From Octopus vulgaris (Eukaryota): a stretch of 64,000 nt of DNA. The position numbers and the translations under genes are program-made. Under the pieces are notes generated by a model. It was not told the origin of the DNA, did no database searches, and worked only from the letters and a program-made list of their open reading frames with translations. The DNA is taken from NCBI GenBank assembly GCA_951406725.2, contig OX597830.1, forward strand, positions 372,001-436,000. The letters run 5' to 3'. This document shows, piece by piece, positions 13,146 through 26,762 of this stretch (positions within the stretch are counted from its first letter, which is position 1; each line of letters begins with the position of its first letter).

Positions 13146-13845
13146 CCTTGCCAATGACACACCGGTCTCACGCCATTTCCGCTCCACCAGTCACTCCTTG
13201 CAAAACCTGTCTGTGTTCGGATTGTCCTTGCACAGAGGCCATCCGGATTCCCTCTTGCGCCGTGAACAGGGATTAATCTTCTCTCTTCGCTCTTTTACGC
13301 CATTTGGTCTCAACTCTCCCCCCTTTTCATCTAACCTCCCCCGACACCTACTTCTCTTCAGTCCTTCATCTTTTCACCCCTACTTTCTTTCCCTCCTCTT
13401 CCCTTCTTTCCCTCTTCTTTCTTCTTTCTTCTTCCCTCTTCACCTTCTCTATTTCTCTCTGCTCCCTCACTCACCTTCTCTCCCCTCCCCTCCTCCTCCC
13501 CTCCCCTCCTCCCCTCCTCCCCTCCCCTCCCCTTCCCCCTCTCACCTCCTTTCACCCCCTCCTCCTCTCCCCCTCTTTCTCCTCCTCTCCTTCCTTCTCC
13601 TTTCCCTCCTCCTCCTCCTCCTCCTCCTCACTCATCCTCATCTCATTTCCCCTACTATCCCTCTAGCGTCTAACGTCTGACCTCTGATCTCTGACTTCTG
13701 CCTGAAATCAGAACGCCGTATTGGATCGTTGGCTCCTACACGCATTTTTTTCTCTCCTTGTTTCTATTCTGTGTATCTTTCTGTCGAAGAGCGTAGGCTC
13801 GAAACGTAAAAGACTTGTTTTATTTCTATTCCTGAGCGCCAGAAT
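13146..13845 (+). mobile_element. Penelope-like (Neptune-type) 3' end: GIY-YIG C-terminus, pyrimidine tract and HHR
   Basis: DTPVSRHFRSTSHSLQNLSVFGL...RREQGLIFSLRSFTPFGLN matches the typical PLE endonuclease tail (PV..HF...H...RE..WI..L....P.GLN). Confidence 0.85.
13776..13813 (+). ncRNA. Minimal type I HHR (A6U variant)
   Basis: TCTTT-CTGTCGA-A-GAGC gtag GCTC-GAAA-CG-TA-AAAGA. Confidence 0.7.
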
Positions 13846-13847
13846 CA

Positions 13848-14392
13848 CCCCAGAGAGCACTCACTAAACGAATTGAAGGCATAGCTGCTCTCGATTATTG
13901 GGACCGCCTTAAAGCCTTGAAACTCTACTCTCTCCAGCGTCGCCGCGAGCGGTACATCATTTGCACGATGTGGAGAATATACCGCCAACTTTGCCCAAAC
14001 GACCTGAACATTAGCTTCAAGGTTCATCCAAGACTGGGACCACGGGCCATACGTCCCCTGCCCAATTCGAGATCACAGCATACATGTACACTGCAACATA
14101 ATTTCTTTTCCTCAACAGGCCCTGCCCTATTTAACATTGTCCCGAAAGAGATCAAAGAAGAAAAGGATCCCATCAACTTTAAACGGAGTCTGGATAGATT
14201 CCTCCAAGGAATACCAGATAAGCCACCCATAATTGGATACAACTCACCCAACAAAAACTCACTAATTGAATGGGCCATAAACAAAACTTGAACAAAACTT
14301 GACTTAAACAGGATTTAGATAATCCTATCAGGTGATGCTATTAAGTTAGACATGGCCTGGACCAATCTTTGGTCGAAACATATCTAAGTTTT
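13848..14392 (+). mobile_element. 5'-truncated CR1/L2-group LINE 3' end
   Basis: YWDRLKALKLYSLQRRRERY...LFNIVPKEIK...FKRSLDRFLQGIPDKP, then a 3' stem-loop GACCA/TGGTC-GAAAC. Confidence 0.85.
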
Positions 14393-14398
14393 ATATAC

Positions 14399-14471
<73 letters not shown>

Positions 14472-14511
14472 TATGTATATATATATATATATATACACGT
14501 ATGTATATACG

Positions 14512-14558
<47 letters not shown>

Positions 14559-14607
14559 GTAAATATATATACATACACACACACACATACACACACACAC
14601 ACATACA

Positions 14608-14685
<78 letters not shown>

Positions 14686-14686
<1 letters not shown>

Positions 14687-15085
14687 GTTCTCTTTTAGAG
14701 AGACTTAGTAATTTTAATATTTCTATTATTGAAAACAAGTGGATGTATTCCACCGAAACTAGGTAAATAAAACCTTCGAACAGTGATTGTCAGAAGCGAC
14801 ACCTACTGGTATGGCTACGCTGCATTGAAAAGGGGCAATACCCCGAAACGCGTCTGTAGCTGCCGGTCAAGTAGTGTGGAGCGACTGACCTCCCTTGTTC
14901 GAAGGTTATATGGATACAGTTGTGTATCAAATAGCTAACTTAAGGCGATGGCCTCATGGAGCTAATAAGCGGACAGCTTTATTCTTATTTTTATAAGAAT
15001 GCCATATTAGTATGGCGATAACTATTATTTTCCGGGAACGCTGCCGCTGTTCTCTTTTAGAGAGACTTAGTAATTTTAATATTTC

Positions 15086-15091
<6 letters not shown>
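14686..15091 (+). mobile_element. Non-coding 362-nt retrozyme-like unit with 44-bp terminal direct repeat
   Basis: Direct repeat 14686-14729 = 15048-15091; internal HHR; several hairpins; (TA)n flanks. Confidence 0.75.
14819..14860 (+). ncRNA. Type I HHR, U3:A8 variant, with extended stem I
   Basis: GCTGCA-TTGAAAA-GGGG caata CCCC-GAAA-CGCG-TC-TGTAGC; GUC site ending at 14854. Confidence 0.85.
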
Positions 15092-15124
<33 letters not shown>

Positions 15125-16061
15125 CATACAAAAGAATTAACGTATTGTTAGAATGAAATAGAAAGAAAATGGAGGAAAGAAAATAAAATGACTAGAAAAG
15201 GGCTGAACGCGCTGCATGTTGCAGTATTCGAACGGGCGAAATCTGGGTTGTAAGATTTATCATGCTTGATATTTGTCTATGACAGTCAGCTAGAATACAA
15301 TATTATTTGTGTATAACAATTTTAGCTTGGGTTTGTGTCTGCTATGTTTTTTTTGTGTATCTTAGATTTGTGATTTTGCTTGTGTTGACGATGTTTAGGT
15401 TTTCTTTTATCAGTGATGATTCACGTCCAATGTTGATTCTGTATAAAAGTCAAATGGTGTTCCACTTACTCAGAGTGTCTGCAACGACAATATTATGTTA
15501 CCGTTATATTTACCATCATTAAAAGACTAATAGAAAGGTGTTAAAAGAATGTAGAGAGGAAAAGCATACAGGCTGAAAGCAATAAATCTGACAAATCGGC
15601 AGCTATGAGAGGAGAGAATAACTGGAACAAATAAACCTAAAATCCATTGCTTGTCTTTCTCGACAGAATAATAAGATTAAAAGCCATCAAATAGGCTTTG
15701 CTAAAACTTCAAAGAATAAAAGAATAAGCGATTTAAAATCACAGAGATCCTAAAGTGCGAATCGATGTAAAAATATGTTGGCCAGACTTACCTTGTGGTT
15801 CACTTTGAAGGTTAAATAATAAATTGTATGAAATAAGAAATATATTACATTACGGATCGTGAAAACAATCCAGAAAGAGAGACAAAAATTGTATAAAAGA
15901 AAGATTTGCTTCAATGAATTTTCAGTGAATATTAAAGCTGATTCTATGGATTGACAAATTGAGGTGGCTGTTTGTTGTATGTTTTGTTTGTTTGTGTTAA
16001 CGGTGAAAATCCATTCTTCATTACAATGAAATATTGAAAACAAAGTGTAGAATTTACATAC

Positions 16062-16112
<51 letters not shown>

Positions 16113-16477
16113 CGTATTGAAGGGCGTGTACATAGAATGTACACACCCATACACACGCACACACACAAACGTATACACACACAGTTAGCGCGTATATGTA
16201 CATGTATATATGTGTGTATATAGATATATATTTTTTTCGCATCTGAATGAACATACACATATATATATGTGTGTGTGCGTGCATGAATGTATGTATGTGT
16301 GTATGCATGCATTCACACACATACGCATTCATATTTAAATAAATATTGTTTAATGCGCGAATGTAAAAGCATACAGAAATAGAACAGCCTCCGTCTCACG
16401 TATACGTCGCTCTCAAAAACCTTTATGTGTTAAACAAGAATATTTTTATACAGACATTTGTACACGTAGTTATATGT

Positions 16478-16781
16478 ACAGTAGGATCACTCCGTCGGTT
16501 ACGACGACGAGGGTTCCATCTCATACGATAAACGGAACAGCTTGCTCGTGAAATTAACGTGCAAGTGGCTGAGCACTCCACAGACACGAGTACCCTTAAC
16601 GTAGTTCTCACGGAGATTCAGCGTGACACAGAGTGTGACGAGGCTGGCCCTTTGTAATGCAGGTACTACTCATTTTTACCAGCAGGAGCAACGTGAAATA
16701 AAATGTGCTGCTCAAGGACACAGCGCGTCGCCGGGAATTGAACTCACAAGCCGAATGCCCCAACCACTAAGCCACGCGCCT
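16478..16781 (-). mobile_element. tRNA-derived SINE (CORE-like) with LINE-like tail
   Basis: Minus-strand head GGCGCGTGGCTTAGTGG..GTTCAATTCCC (A/B boxes) and TGTCCTTGAGCA core; tail shared with 18748-19126. Confidence 0.8.
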
Positions 16782-16941
16782 TCACATATAGGCATATGTA
16801 CAGTATGTATGTATGTATGTATGTATGTATGTATGTATGTATGTATGTATGTATGTATGTATGTATGTATGTATGTATATATGTATGTATATATGTATGT
16901 GTGTCTCTGTGTGTTGATGTAGATGCTAGTACTTCTGTGTG

Positions 16942-17174
16942 AAGGCGGCGAGCTGGCAGAAACGTTAGCACGTCGGGCGAAATGCGTAGCCGTATTTCGT
17001 CTGTCGTTACGCTGTGAGATCAAATTCCGCCGAGGTCGACTTTGCCTTTCATCCTTTCGGGGTCGATAAATTAAGTACCAGTTACGCACTGGGGTCGATG
17101 GAATCGACTTAATACCTATGTCTGTCCTTGTTTGTCCCATCTATGTTTAGCCCCTTGTGGGTAATAAAGAAATA
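16942..17174 (+). mobile_element. tRNA-derived SINE with 14-bp target site duplication
   Basis: GGCGGCGAGCTGGCAGAA head; central GCCTTTCATCCTTTCGGGGTCGATAAA domain; TSD AGTACTTCTGTGTG at 16928-16941 and 17175-17188. Confidence 0.9.
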
Positions 17175-17310
17175 AGTACTTCTGTGTGTATGCACGCACG
17201 TGTGCATAGATGTTCACGCAACGAGTATCCCTGTAGCCTTGATTCACATAATGTATCGTTACCAATTTTCACATGTCCTTTTATATATCTATCGATATGC
17301 ACGTGCACGT

Positions 17311-17346
<36 letters not shown>

Positions 17347-18047
17347 ATACATACAAACATACACACACAGACACACGCATACATGTGAATTTCCGAGTGC
17401 AGGAGTTGCTTTGGAAACATAACCTGGTGTAGTTTAAACTACTTTAGTATAGGTTTCTTGAAGTTTTGAAGAACAAATTTCGAGAAACCATAACATACCT
17501 TCGACATTCCTCATCGACCACAATCTCTGTGTCACTCATTATGTTTCATATTTAAGTTCGTCTTTTATGTCTTAAAAATGAGATTCCTGAAAATTTCATT
17601 CTTCCAACTTATTCACAAAGCTTCGAAATTTACACCTGTCTTACATAAAATTTGAGGTAATTATTTCCACACACTCACACATTTCGAATGTGTATGTGTG
17701 TGTGTGTGTGCGTGCGTGCCTGCGTGCCTGCGTGTATATGAGTGTGTGCGCTCGTGTTTGTCTTCATTTTGGCCTTAGATTTTAGCTAATGCGTCCTTTA
17801 ATCGTTTTCTGGAAAATATAATTAATGTCGATGTGTGATTTGCTGATATCATCTTGTCTAATTTGTTTTTGCGGCACGGCGAAATGTGTTGCATTTAGCC
17901 ATTCTGAATGCATATTGTGTGTTTATGAAGGCTTGTAGCAATTTTATAGCCAATGTAACAGTAGGAACCATCCCGTTTACGAGTTTCACTTTTGTAATCT
18001 ATCTATGTCTGTCTGCCTGTCTGTCTCTCTCTCTTTCTATATATATA

Positions 18048-18681
18048 CAGTAGCGAGCAAATAAAAGAACGATTACATTTTTTTTTAACGTACAAATTGG
18101 TAATTGGTTTCATAAATACGATTAACCACTCGCTAAATTCTCTGAAAAATCTAAATTTGTACAATGATCTTAATAAAATTTAACACCAACACTAATTTCG
18201 TCCAAATGTCTCAAGTGCAAAATAAGAGAACGATTAGATTCTTTCAGAAATTTCTGGAAATGTCAAGCATTGTTCACATTTGCAGGCTCAACGTTACTCC
18301 CCTCCCAGTATTGTGCTAGGTTCCGAACATGGTCAGCCACGCTGAATTTACTCATGGCCTCCGAAAAGAAATTGTCAGGATGAAAGTTTCAGAAATGACT
18401 CTCTCGGCTATTTCACGAGATGTAAGGAGATCTAAGAGTGTAGTTCCACGTGTTCTTAAGCACTATGAAAAAACTAAAAGTTTTGAACTGAAAAAGGCAA
18501 CTGGTAGACCACACAAAACTACGGCACGAGATGATTGAGATGATTGAGCCATGAAATGGTACGTATTGAAGGATCCTTTCGAGACTGCGGCTGGAATTTC
18601 TAAGAAAATAAAAGTAAACAATGGTACAGAAGTGAGCCGCTTTTCTGTGACAAGTCGGCTGAAGTAATTTGGATTAAAGAC

Positions 18682-18682
<1 letters not shown>
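18048..18682 (+). mobile_element. Tc1-family transposon 5' fragment (IR/DR-type end, N-terminal HTH)
   Basis: TA-CAGT start; direct repeat GCAAATAAAAGAACGATTACATT (18057) and GCAAAATAAGAGAACGATTAGATT (18217); ORF 18329-18538 with HTH and GRPHKTT motif, stopped prematurely. Confidence 0.85.
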
Positions 18683-18722
<40 letters not shown>

Positions 18723-18747
18723 GATGCGTATAATATAATATTGGAAG

Positions 18748-19126
18748 CACTCCGTCGGTTACGACGATGAGGGTTCCGGTTGATCCGAATCAACGGAACA
18801 GCCTGCTCGTGAAATTAACGTGTAAGTGGCTGAGCACTCCACAGACACGTGCACCCTTAACGTAGTTCTCGGGGATATTCAGCGTGACACAGAGAGTGAC
18901 AAGGCCGGCTCCTTGAAATACAGGTACAACAGAAACAGGAAGTAAGAGTGAGAGAAAGTTGTGGTGAAAGAGTACAGCAGGGATCACCACCATCCCCTGC
19001 CGGAGCCTCGTGGAAATTTTAGGTGTTTTCGCTCAATAAACACTCACAATGCCCGGTCTGGGAATCGAAACCGCGATCCTATGACCGCGAGTCCGCTGCT
19101 CTAACCACTGGGCCATTGCGCCTCCA
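18748..19126 (-). mobile_element. tRNA-derived SINE
   Basis: Head GGAGGCGCAATGGCCCAGTGGTTAGAGCAGCGGACTCGCGGTC..GGTTTCGATTCCC; probable TSD TATAATATAAT. Confidence 0.9.
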
Positions 19127-20023
19127 CAATATAATATAATGTAATGTAATATGTGTGAGTAAGTCAGGCTTCCACTTGTTTTATGTTAGAAGAGATATAT
19201 CTTAACAACTACCAAGTCTGTCACATTGGAGGTTGGTGTTCGTCTCCATCTGAGTTTTACTAAAGTGCTTTAACTTAAACGTCACAACCTCACCATCAGG
19301 GAGTCTGAATGTTGGCCCGAGTTGCTAAGTGTTACAGTAGTCAGGGTCAAAGGGATTATGGGAGACGCTGCCGAACAAATTCAAGAATTTGATAGATTTT
19401 TACGCCAGGGTGTGAATGAGTGTATGTGTGCGTGCGTGTGTGTGTCTGTGTGTTTCTATGTTTGTTTTTTGTGATGTCCCTACAATCTCTCACATCCACT
19501 ACTGCAATATCATCGAGGCACGTAAGCAACATAGAAAGTACTGTCTTATATTTGTTGCAAACTTCATGTTAACTAACAGACCTAAATAATACAAAATACA
19601 CTTTCATATATAATAATCATTTTTTGTCTTTTAATTTATAGTTTCAATTTAATTTCTTTTGTTGTTTTCTTCTGAACTACATTTATTTGCATACACTTCG
19701 ATTTTACAGATAAGGAAAAATATTTACTGAAATTATGGCATCCAAAATTTAAAAAATAGCGAAAAAGTAAGCAAACAAAAAAGAAAACACAGGAAACTAC
19801 TTCCTGATTCATAGATTTATTTGTAACTGGACAAAGAAATGCTAGCAAAATAGTTGCAAATTTACAAAGACAGCAAACAAAACCGGAACGTGAATAAATT
19901 CACAACAAACGTAAATAATCGAAATGCATTGTTATAATATAAATAAAAGTACGCGAAATAAATATTCAAAACTTAGATGATTCATATATTATCTAGACAC
20001 ATAGACACACATACGCAGTATTT

Positions 20024-20099
<76 letters not shown>

Positions 20100-20100
<1 letters not shown>

Positions 20101-20442
20101 AAGGAAATGAAGAAAATGCTGACAAAATAATTTAAGTAAAGGAGAGTGTATTTAATTAGGTGAAAGTTCTTTTTACCGGTTGCGCATTTGTTATGCTTAT
20201 CAAAAGATATATTTTAAAGAGAGATAGAGTTCCTTTCTGATAGATTTTTTTCTCAAAAATCTATCAGAAAGGAACTCTATCTCTGTTTAAAATATATCTT
20301 TTGATAAGCATAACAAATGCGCAACCGGTAAAAAGAACTTTCACCTAATTAAATACACTCTCCTTTACTTAAATTATTTTGTCAGCATTTTCTTCATTTC
20401 CTTTTTTCATATATCACAACTCGTGTTCCACATCTCCTTTTT

Positions 20443-20445
<3 letters not shown>
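20100..20445. repeat. 305-bp fold-back palindrome (150-bp arms, 5-nt loop) plus tail, in (TA)n
   Basis: Arms 20100-20249 and 20255-20404 with one mismatch seen; a diverged single-arm relative lies at 45191-45336. Confidence 0.95.
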
Positions 20446-20493
<48 letters not shown>

Positions 20494-20543
20494 ATCTATA
20501 TACATATATATATATACATATATATACATATATATATATATAT

Positions 20544-20574
<31 letters not shown>

Positions 20575-21149
20575 AAGACACCTATAATGGACAAAGTTGC
20601 TTATGAATATATTGATTGGAATTATGTAACTTTTACTAAAATAAAGCAAATATTAAAGAATATTAAAGGCTAAGCTGTGGGCAATTTCTTTTCATAAGAT
20701 ACAGGTTTAATATATTTGCATCAAAATGTGGTTTTGAAACATTCTTTTATTATTCAGTATTGCAAGTACATGCTTCAACTTCATATCTTATTAGTTGCTG
20801 TATTTCGTATTACTGCACTTTAGTTTAACGTCCGCTATACTTCTGGCAATATAATAGTTGTTCAAATTTATGCAACTCTACTTTCTACAGTGTCAAGCAA
20901 ATTGCATTGTTCCCGGTAAATGTTCGTATTTATAGGGTGTGACTAAAGAAATACGAGCTAAAGGGTGTAAATTGGATCTCAGTTACCTACATTAAGTGGG
21001 CATAACTACGGGAATGTATACCTCCACCTCTAGATTTGGTCTCCTCGTAACAATTCAGAAAAACAGAACTTGATGAAATTTTCTGCAAATACCTTTTAGA
21101 TGGAGAGGATTGCGGTTATATGGGAACTTAATGTGTAAAAAAAAAAATT

Positions 21150-22120
21150 TTTATCTTAGAGACAGAGACAGAGGATAAGTCACGCTTCCCAATTCTGTTT
21201 TCCTTTTTAAGGATTTCATTATAATTATGTTTAAAAATATTACTCCTGAGGACTATTTTGCCTTTCCCGAAAATTCTCTGAAAGAAATCTTCGTAGATAA
21301 GAGAGTACAATGCTAACAGTAATTATTAAATACATATTTCTTTCATTATTTCATCGCAGCCTCTCCTATTTGAACAAACTGAAAGCTGGTCCGTTTCCTA
21401 CGTATTATTTTTTATGGCTACAAACTCATTATAAACGATGGTAGAGTATCGTAGTCCGAAACAGGCTGAACATATGATTTGTTTATAGAAATCAAAATGT
21501 TTGTGGTGTAGCTCACTCATCTCCACCAAACTGATGCTGCCTGCGCAAGTGGCCAGTGTGCCACATGTCAGGTGTCGAAGGGAGCAACATGTAGAGCAAC
21601 ATAAGATAAAGTATTTTGCAAAGAAACTCAATGCACCATCTAGTCTAGGAATGGAAACCGCTATCTCGATTTTGAATGCACCAACATCAAATTATTATAA
21701 AGCCGGTGGATTGGAAGAATCGAAGAAACCTTAGATAATAGATCTCGGGTCAATATTTTCCGGGTCTTTCGGTTCTGGGTTCCAGTCACAGTTTTTCATT
21801 CTTTGAAGCTCAACACACACACAAAAAAAGAAACCCAGTCAAATAATGGTTTAGTCTCACTCTAAAATAATATTTCTTACAAAATACGTGGCAACTGGGA
21901 CTTTAAATTTACAATAAATTCCTAACATAAAGTTAAAATGCGACGAGCGGCCAACATCTGAAATAACTCAAAGAATTTCATTTCTCTTATGCACTGCGGT
22001 CAAACCTGTCACGCGTCGATGGTGCTTTCCAGCGTGTCTGAGTGGATAAAATTAATACCACATGCATCTGAAAAGCTCAAGAATTGATCTTGTAGTGTAC
22101 TGACTCCAATGAATTAGTCA
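21150..22120 (-). pseudogene. Possible highly decayed piggyBac-like transposase
   Basis: Weak resemblances only (IICSACFGLRY to the Cys-rich tail; YNNLMLV to YN..MGGVD). Confidence 0.25.
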
Positions 22121-22299
22121 TGATATGTTCTCCTGATATTGTCCTTATAATTTACTGTAACCATGTATTTTTTTTCTTTTATCTCAGAGAAGATTATTTG
22201 AAATCAAATATATTCTGGGTTCATTTTAAGAGTTTAATTTGGGGAATTTGTTTTGACTTTTGTAGTACCGCGTTTGTTTATTCTCTTTCAAAATTATTC

Positions 22300-24168
22300 T
22301 CTTTCTAATTTATCCGATGAAGAATCGAATGCCGCAGTTCACAGTAGAGAACAGAACGACCATTTTGCCCACTCAAGATCAGCAATCATTTATGGTAAGG
22401 CTGAATCCACCTGTGATACAGGCATAAACCGCCTAAAAGAAGGCATAAATTTTGTTTCCGTTTTAGTTGGAGAATTGTTCTCTGTCAACGAAAATGTCAG
22501 TATCCATTAGGTCGCTCGGCTAGGAAGATTCCAAGTGAACTCAACCTCAGACACTAGACCACGCCCAATAAGAGTAATCTTTTCTTCCGATCAGGAGGCT
22601 TCAACCTTTCTGAACAGAGCTCAGAAGCATGCCTGGGAGGACCCCAATATGGGTTTTCGCGAAGAATTCTCACTGAGAGAGAGAATTCGTCGGAGAAACC
22701 TGATATCCGAGCTGAAGATCAGAAAACAGATGGGAGAGAAGGGTTTACGCATCCACGATGGACAAATAATCAAGTCCTACCTCTGGTCGCATGCTCTAGT
22801 GCTGACAGGTGAATCGAGGGCGAATCGAAGTAAAGTAGATACCCCCGACAACGATGCTATCTCTGATATCCCTTATTCTGCTTGTTCCCTAATTCCCGCC
22901 CTCAAACTTCACAGCTCAGCATCGTCTATACCAACTCGTGCTCCTTATTTCCAAAGTTCAGCGAATTATTTACACTGGCCATGCGTGATTTCCCAGATGT
23001 GATAGCTATCACCGAGACTTGGCTGACTCCAGCAGTAAAGGACTCGGAAATCCACCTACAGGGCTACGACCTCTTCAGATGTGATAGAGAAAAAAATGCG
23101 AGGTGGAGGTGTTGCTGTGTATGTCAAATCTGATCTCAAACCGTCCAGCGGTATTCTACCCAATAATGCTCAACCTACAACAAAATTCGATGCCGTCTAT
23201 TGCAAGCTGAGCCTATCCGGGTTTTGCCTGCCCGTGTTAGCTGTCTACAGGCCGCCTCTTGCCGACCCCCAGGACGATGCTCATTTACTCAAAGCGATAA
23301 GATTCGTTTCAGCTTCTCATGACTGATATTAGGAGACTTCAACGCTCCCACGATCGACTGGCCCGCATCAATTTGTACATCATCTTCCCGGTTCGGCCAG
23401 ACCCTTCTTGACGTGGCTGAAAATTGTTTTCCATCGCAACATGTTGAATCTCCGACAAGGCATCGGTCTGGGCAGCAGTCATCTATGCTGGATCTGGTAT
23501 TCTCCCGCTATCCAAGATCAGTGTCAGGCTTATCTGAGTGCGCCCCTCTTCCCAAGAGTGATCACGCGGTCCTGATGTTCGACAGGCACACAACTTTTTC
23601 TACGCCCACGACTACTTCGCTACCACGTAGAGTCTTCTCTGCAATCAATCTTGAAATTCTAACCGAGGCTTCCGCGCTTCTGGACTGGCGATCCCTGATG
23701 ACGATGTACTCAGTTGACGAACTATGGTCGTCCCTCAAAGCATATGTAATCTGGTTGACTGACCAAGCAGTTCCCGTTGGGCTTCCCAAGAAGAAGAAAC
23801 ATAAGCCCTGGGTGACGAAGAAGGTTAAACGAGAACTTCGCCTCAGAGATATTGCTTGGGCTGAATTAAAAAGTCAAGATTCGACTGCAGCTTTTTAGGT
23901 GTACAAAACTCAACGAGACCGAACCGTGAAAATTGAAAAGGAAGAACGCTTCAGATATGAATGCAAAATCGCAGCAAACGCCAGTCGCAATCCAAAAACC
24001 TTCTTTGCCCATGTCCAACGGAATTCCCGCTTGAACAACCAAATTGCAACGTTAGTAGACTCAACAGGCGTATCGATTGAGGACCCTTATCAGCAGAGTC
24101 AGTTATTTTTCGAGGCTTTTTCGACATTTTTCAAACAAGATGATGGTCGTGAACCCACTCCACAATAA
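22300..24168 (+). mobile_element. CR1-group LINE fragment (ORF1 C-terminus, APE and linker), lacking RT
   Basis: RPRPIRVIF; PDVIAITETWL; GGGVAVYVK; YRPP; GDFN; LDLVF; SDH; NPKTFFAHV; with stops and frameshifts. Confidence 0.88.
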
Positions 24169-24694
24169 AAACGAAAAACTTTCTAAAGTTGGAAACTGAA
24201 GAAATTCCATTAACATTCGAATGTTTCATTGAGTGCTCCTGTAAACTAGTTTCGTTATTGTTGTCTCCGTTTACTTTATGGTTTCCTTTCACCTGGCTTC
24301 TATAAACTTGGTTACTGTTGATGGTTTTGCTACTACTGTCATAATCGTTGTGGTTGTTGCTGCTATTTCACTAATTATCATAGCTGTCTATACTTCTAAT
24401 ATTTTCTTGAGAGCGATTTTTTAAGAGTTTCTGTTGTTCTTCCAAAACACAGCTGCTGCTCTTGGGCTGCGATGCCGAAAACACACAAAATAATCCTTTT
24501 CTCTTTGCTCAAACAGTAACTCTTCACTTCTACATTTGTGAGTATCATCTCCCACCGTCACTCCGTCGTCTGATTAAAAATGAAAAAGGATGTGTTAATA
24601 TAAACTAAACATATCGGGGTCAAAACGGAAGGAACTTGCGTCAATTATTGTGTTGATATTATTTCATTATTCCAAAAATATTTTACCATTACTA

Positions 24695-25100
24695 AGGCGG
24701 GAAAGCTGGCAGAAATGTTAGCACGCCGGGTTAAATGCTTAGCGGTATTTTGTCTGCCGTTACGTTCTGAGTTTAAAATATGCGAGGTCGACCTTGTTTT
24801 TCATCCTTTTGGGGTCAATAAATTAAGTACCAGCTGCGTACTTGTTCGATCTAATCGACTGTGCCCCCTGCCCCAAAATTTCGGGCCTTGTGTCTAGAGT
24901 AGAAAAAAAATTCAGTACGACGAGTGACATGCTTAGCGGTATTTCGTCTGCCGTTACGTTCGGAGTTCAAATTATGCCGAGGTCGACTTTGCCTTTCATC
25001 CTTTCGGGGTCGATAAGTTACGTACCAGTTGCACACTGGGGTCGATATAATCGACTGGCCCCCTCTTCCCAAATTTCTGGTTCTTGTGCCTAAGGCAGAA
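24695..25100 (+). mobile_element. Two adjacent SINE copies (same head/central domain as 16942)
   Basis: GAGGTCGAC..TTTCATCCTTT.GGGGTC.ATAA domain occurs twice. Confidence 0.85.
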
Positions 25101-26418
25101 AATATTATATCATAAATGTATCATTACTGTATTATTACAATATTAATACTATTTGCATAATAAGTCAATGTATTCTTACCAAATCATTATTATTTTATGT
25201 GAGTCTCAGCATGAAATATCCTGGGAGAATGGAAGCAAAGATATGTAAATGTTTATGAACACAAATACGCGTGTGTGCGTATATTATGTATGTGTTTATG
25301 TACATGTGAACCCAAACATACAAGCATATAAGTATACATAAAGCTCATACACACACACATATACATGCATACGTGCATAGACAAATATGCACGTAAGTAC
25401 GAATATATATATACACACACACATAGGTGTATAGATAAATGTAGAACGAGATAGGTTGGTAAAGAGATAACATAATTAAGTAAAATAACGCCACAAAGGA
25501 CGTAATAATGCAGCCTCACTCTCTCTCACACACATATGCTTGTTGAAGAAATTCCTAATTAGGCTCAACTCTACTTAAAACATCCACTCAGACATTGGGA
25601 AATATTTTTGACCATTATACTTTCATTGCACAGTGGAAACTCTTTTATTACTGCCGTCGCTAATGTTCTTCCCTTAAAATATTAACTCCCCCTCTCTCTA
25701 CACCTATTAACAATAAGCAAATTAGTTTTCCGATCATTTCGTGCCAAATGTACTTATATGTAAGGGTGTATGTTTGCTTATGTGCGTGTGTATATGTGTC
25801 TATATCTATGTGTGCCTGTGTGCGCGTAAGTAAGTGTAGATATGTATCATCTAAGTGTGTGCGCGCGCATGTGTGTACATGACTGTATATGTCGGTATAA
25901 GTGTGGATATGTGTGTGTATGTCTGACTGTCTGTGTTATTCCGTCTCAATATCCTTTTATAAATGAATGTGCGTCTATGATTGTCATAGTTTGTGTTTTT
26001 CGGTTTAATTAGAAACTATTTTGTTTCTCTCCAAACAATTGTATATAAAATAAAATACAGAAAAAAAAAAAGATATTTTTTCAGTAGGTCCCAAACGATT
26101 TCAGAGTTAGTGTTTCGTCTAGAATTGGCTTCTGTTTGATTGATGGAGCATCAGTAGAAATAAGCAGTGAAGCATTATGGGAAAGATAGTTTTACCGGTT
26201 ATTTACAACACAAGTTATTGACCTGGAACATATTCAGAAAATATTTAACAATAAGAACGGCACAGAGAGATACGCAAACGAACAGACAGTGAAATATATA
26301 TGTGTATGCGTGTGTGTGTTTGTGTGTGTGTATCGGGAGAGTGTGTGAGAGAGTGAGAGAGAGAGAGAGAGAGAGACGAGTGAGAGAATGTGGGGGAAAC
26401 CTCAGTGTATACACACAT

Positions 26419-26547
<129 letters not shown>

Positions 26548-26689
26548 GACATATTTACATTCATGTGCGTATATACGTGTACATATATGCGTGGGTGCAG
26601 AGAAACACATACGCGTGTGGACACAAAAGTACACACAAGAGAGAGGGAGAGAGCGAGAGAGAGGGAGAGAAAATGAAAGAACAAGAGTG

Positions 26690-26762
<73 letters not shown>

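Noticed and set aside
14350-14390. GACCA/TGGTC-GAAAC as a hammerhead
   Set aside because: No NUGANNA core or stem I; position fits a LINE 3' stem-loop.
19040-19126. tRNA gene
   Set aside because: tRNA-like head continues into SINE body and tail; no Pol III terminator.
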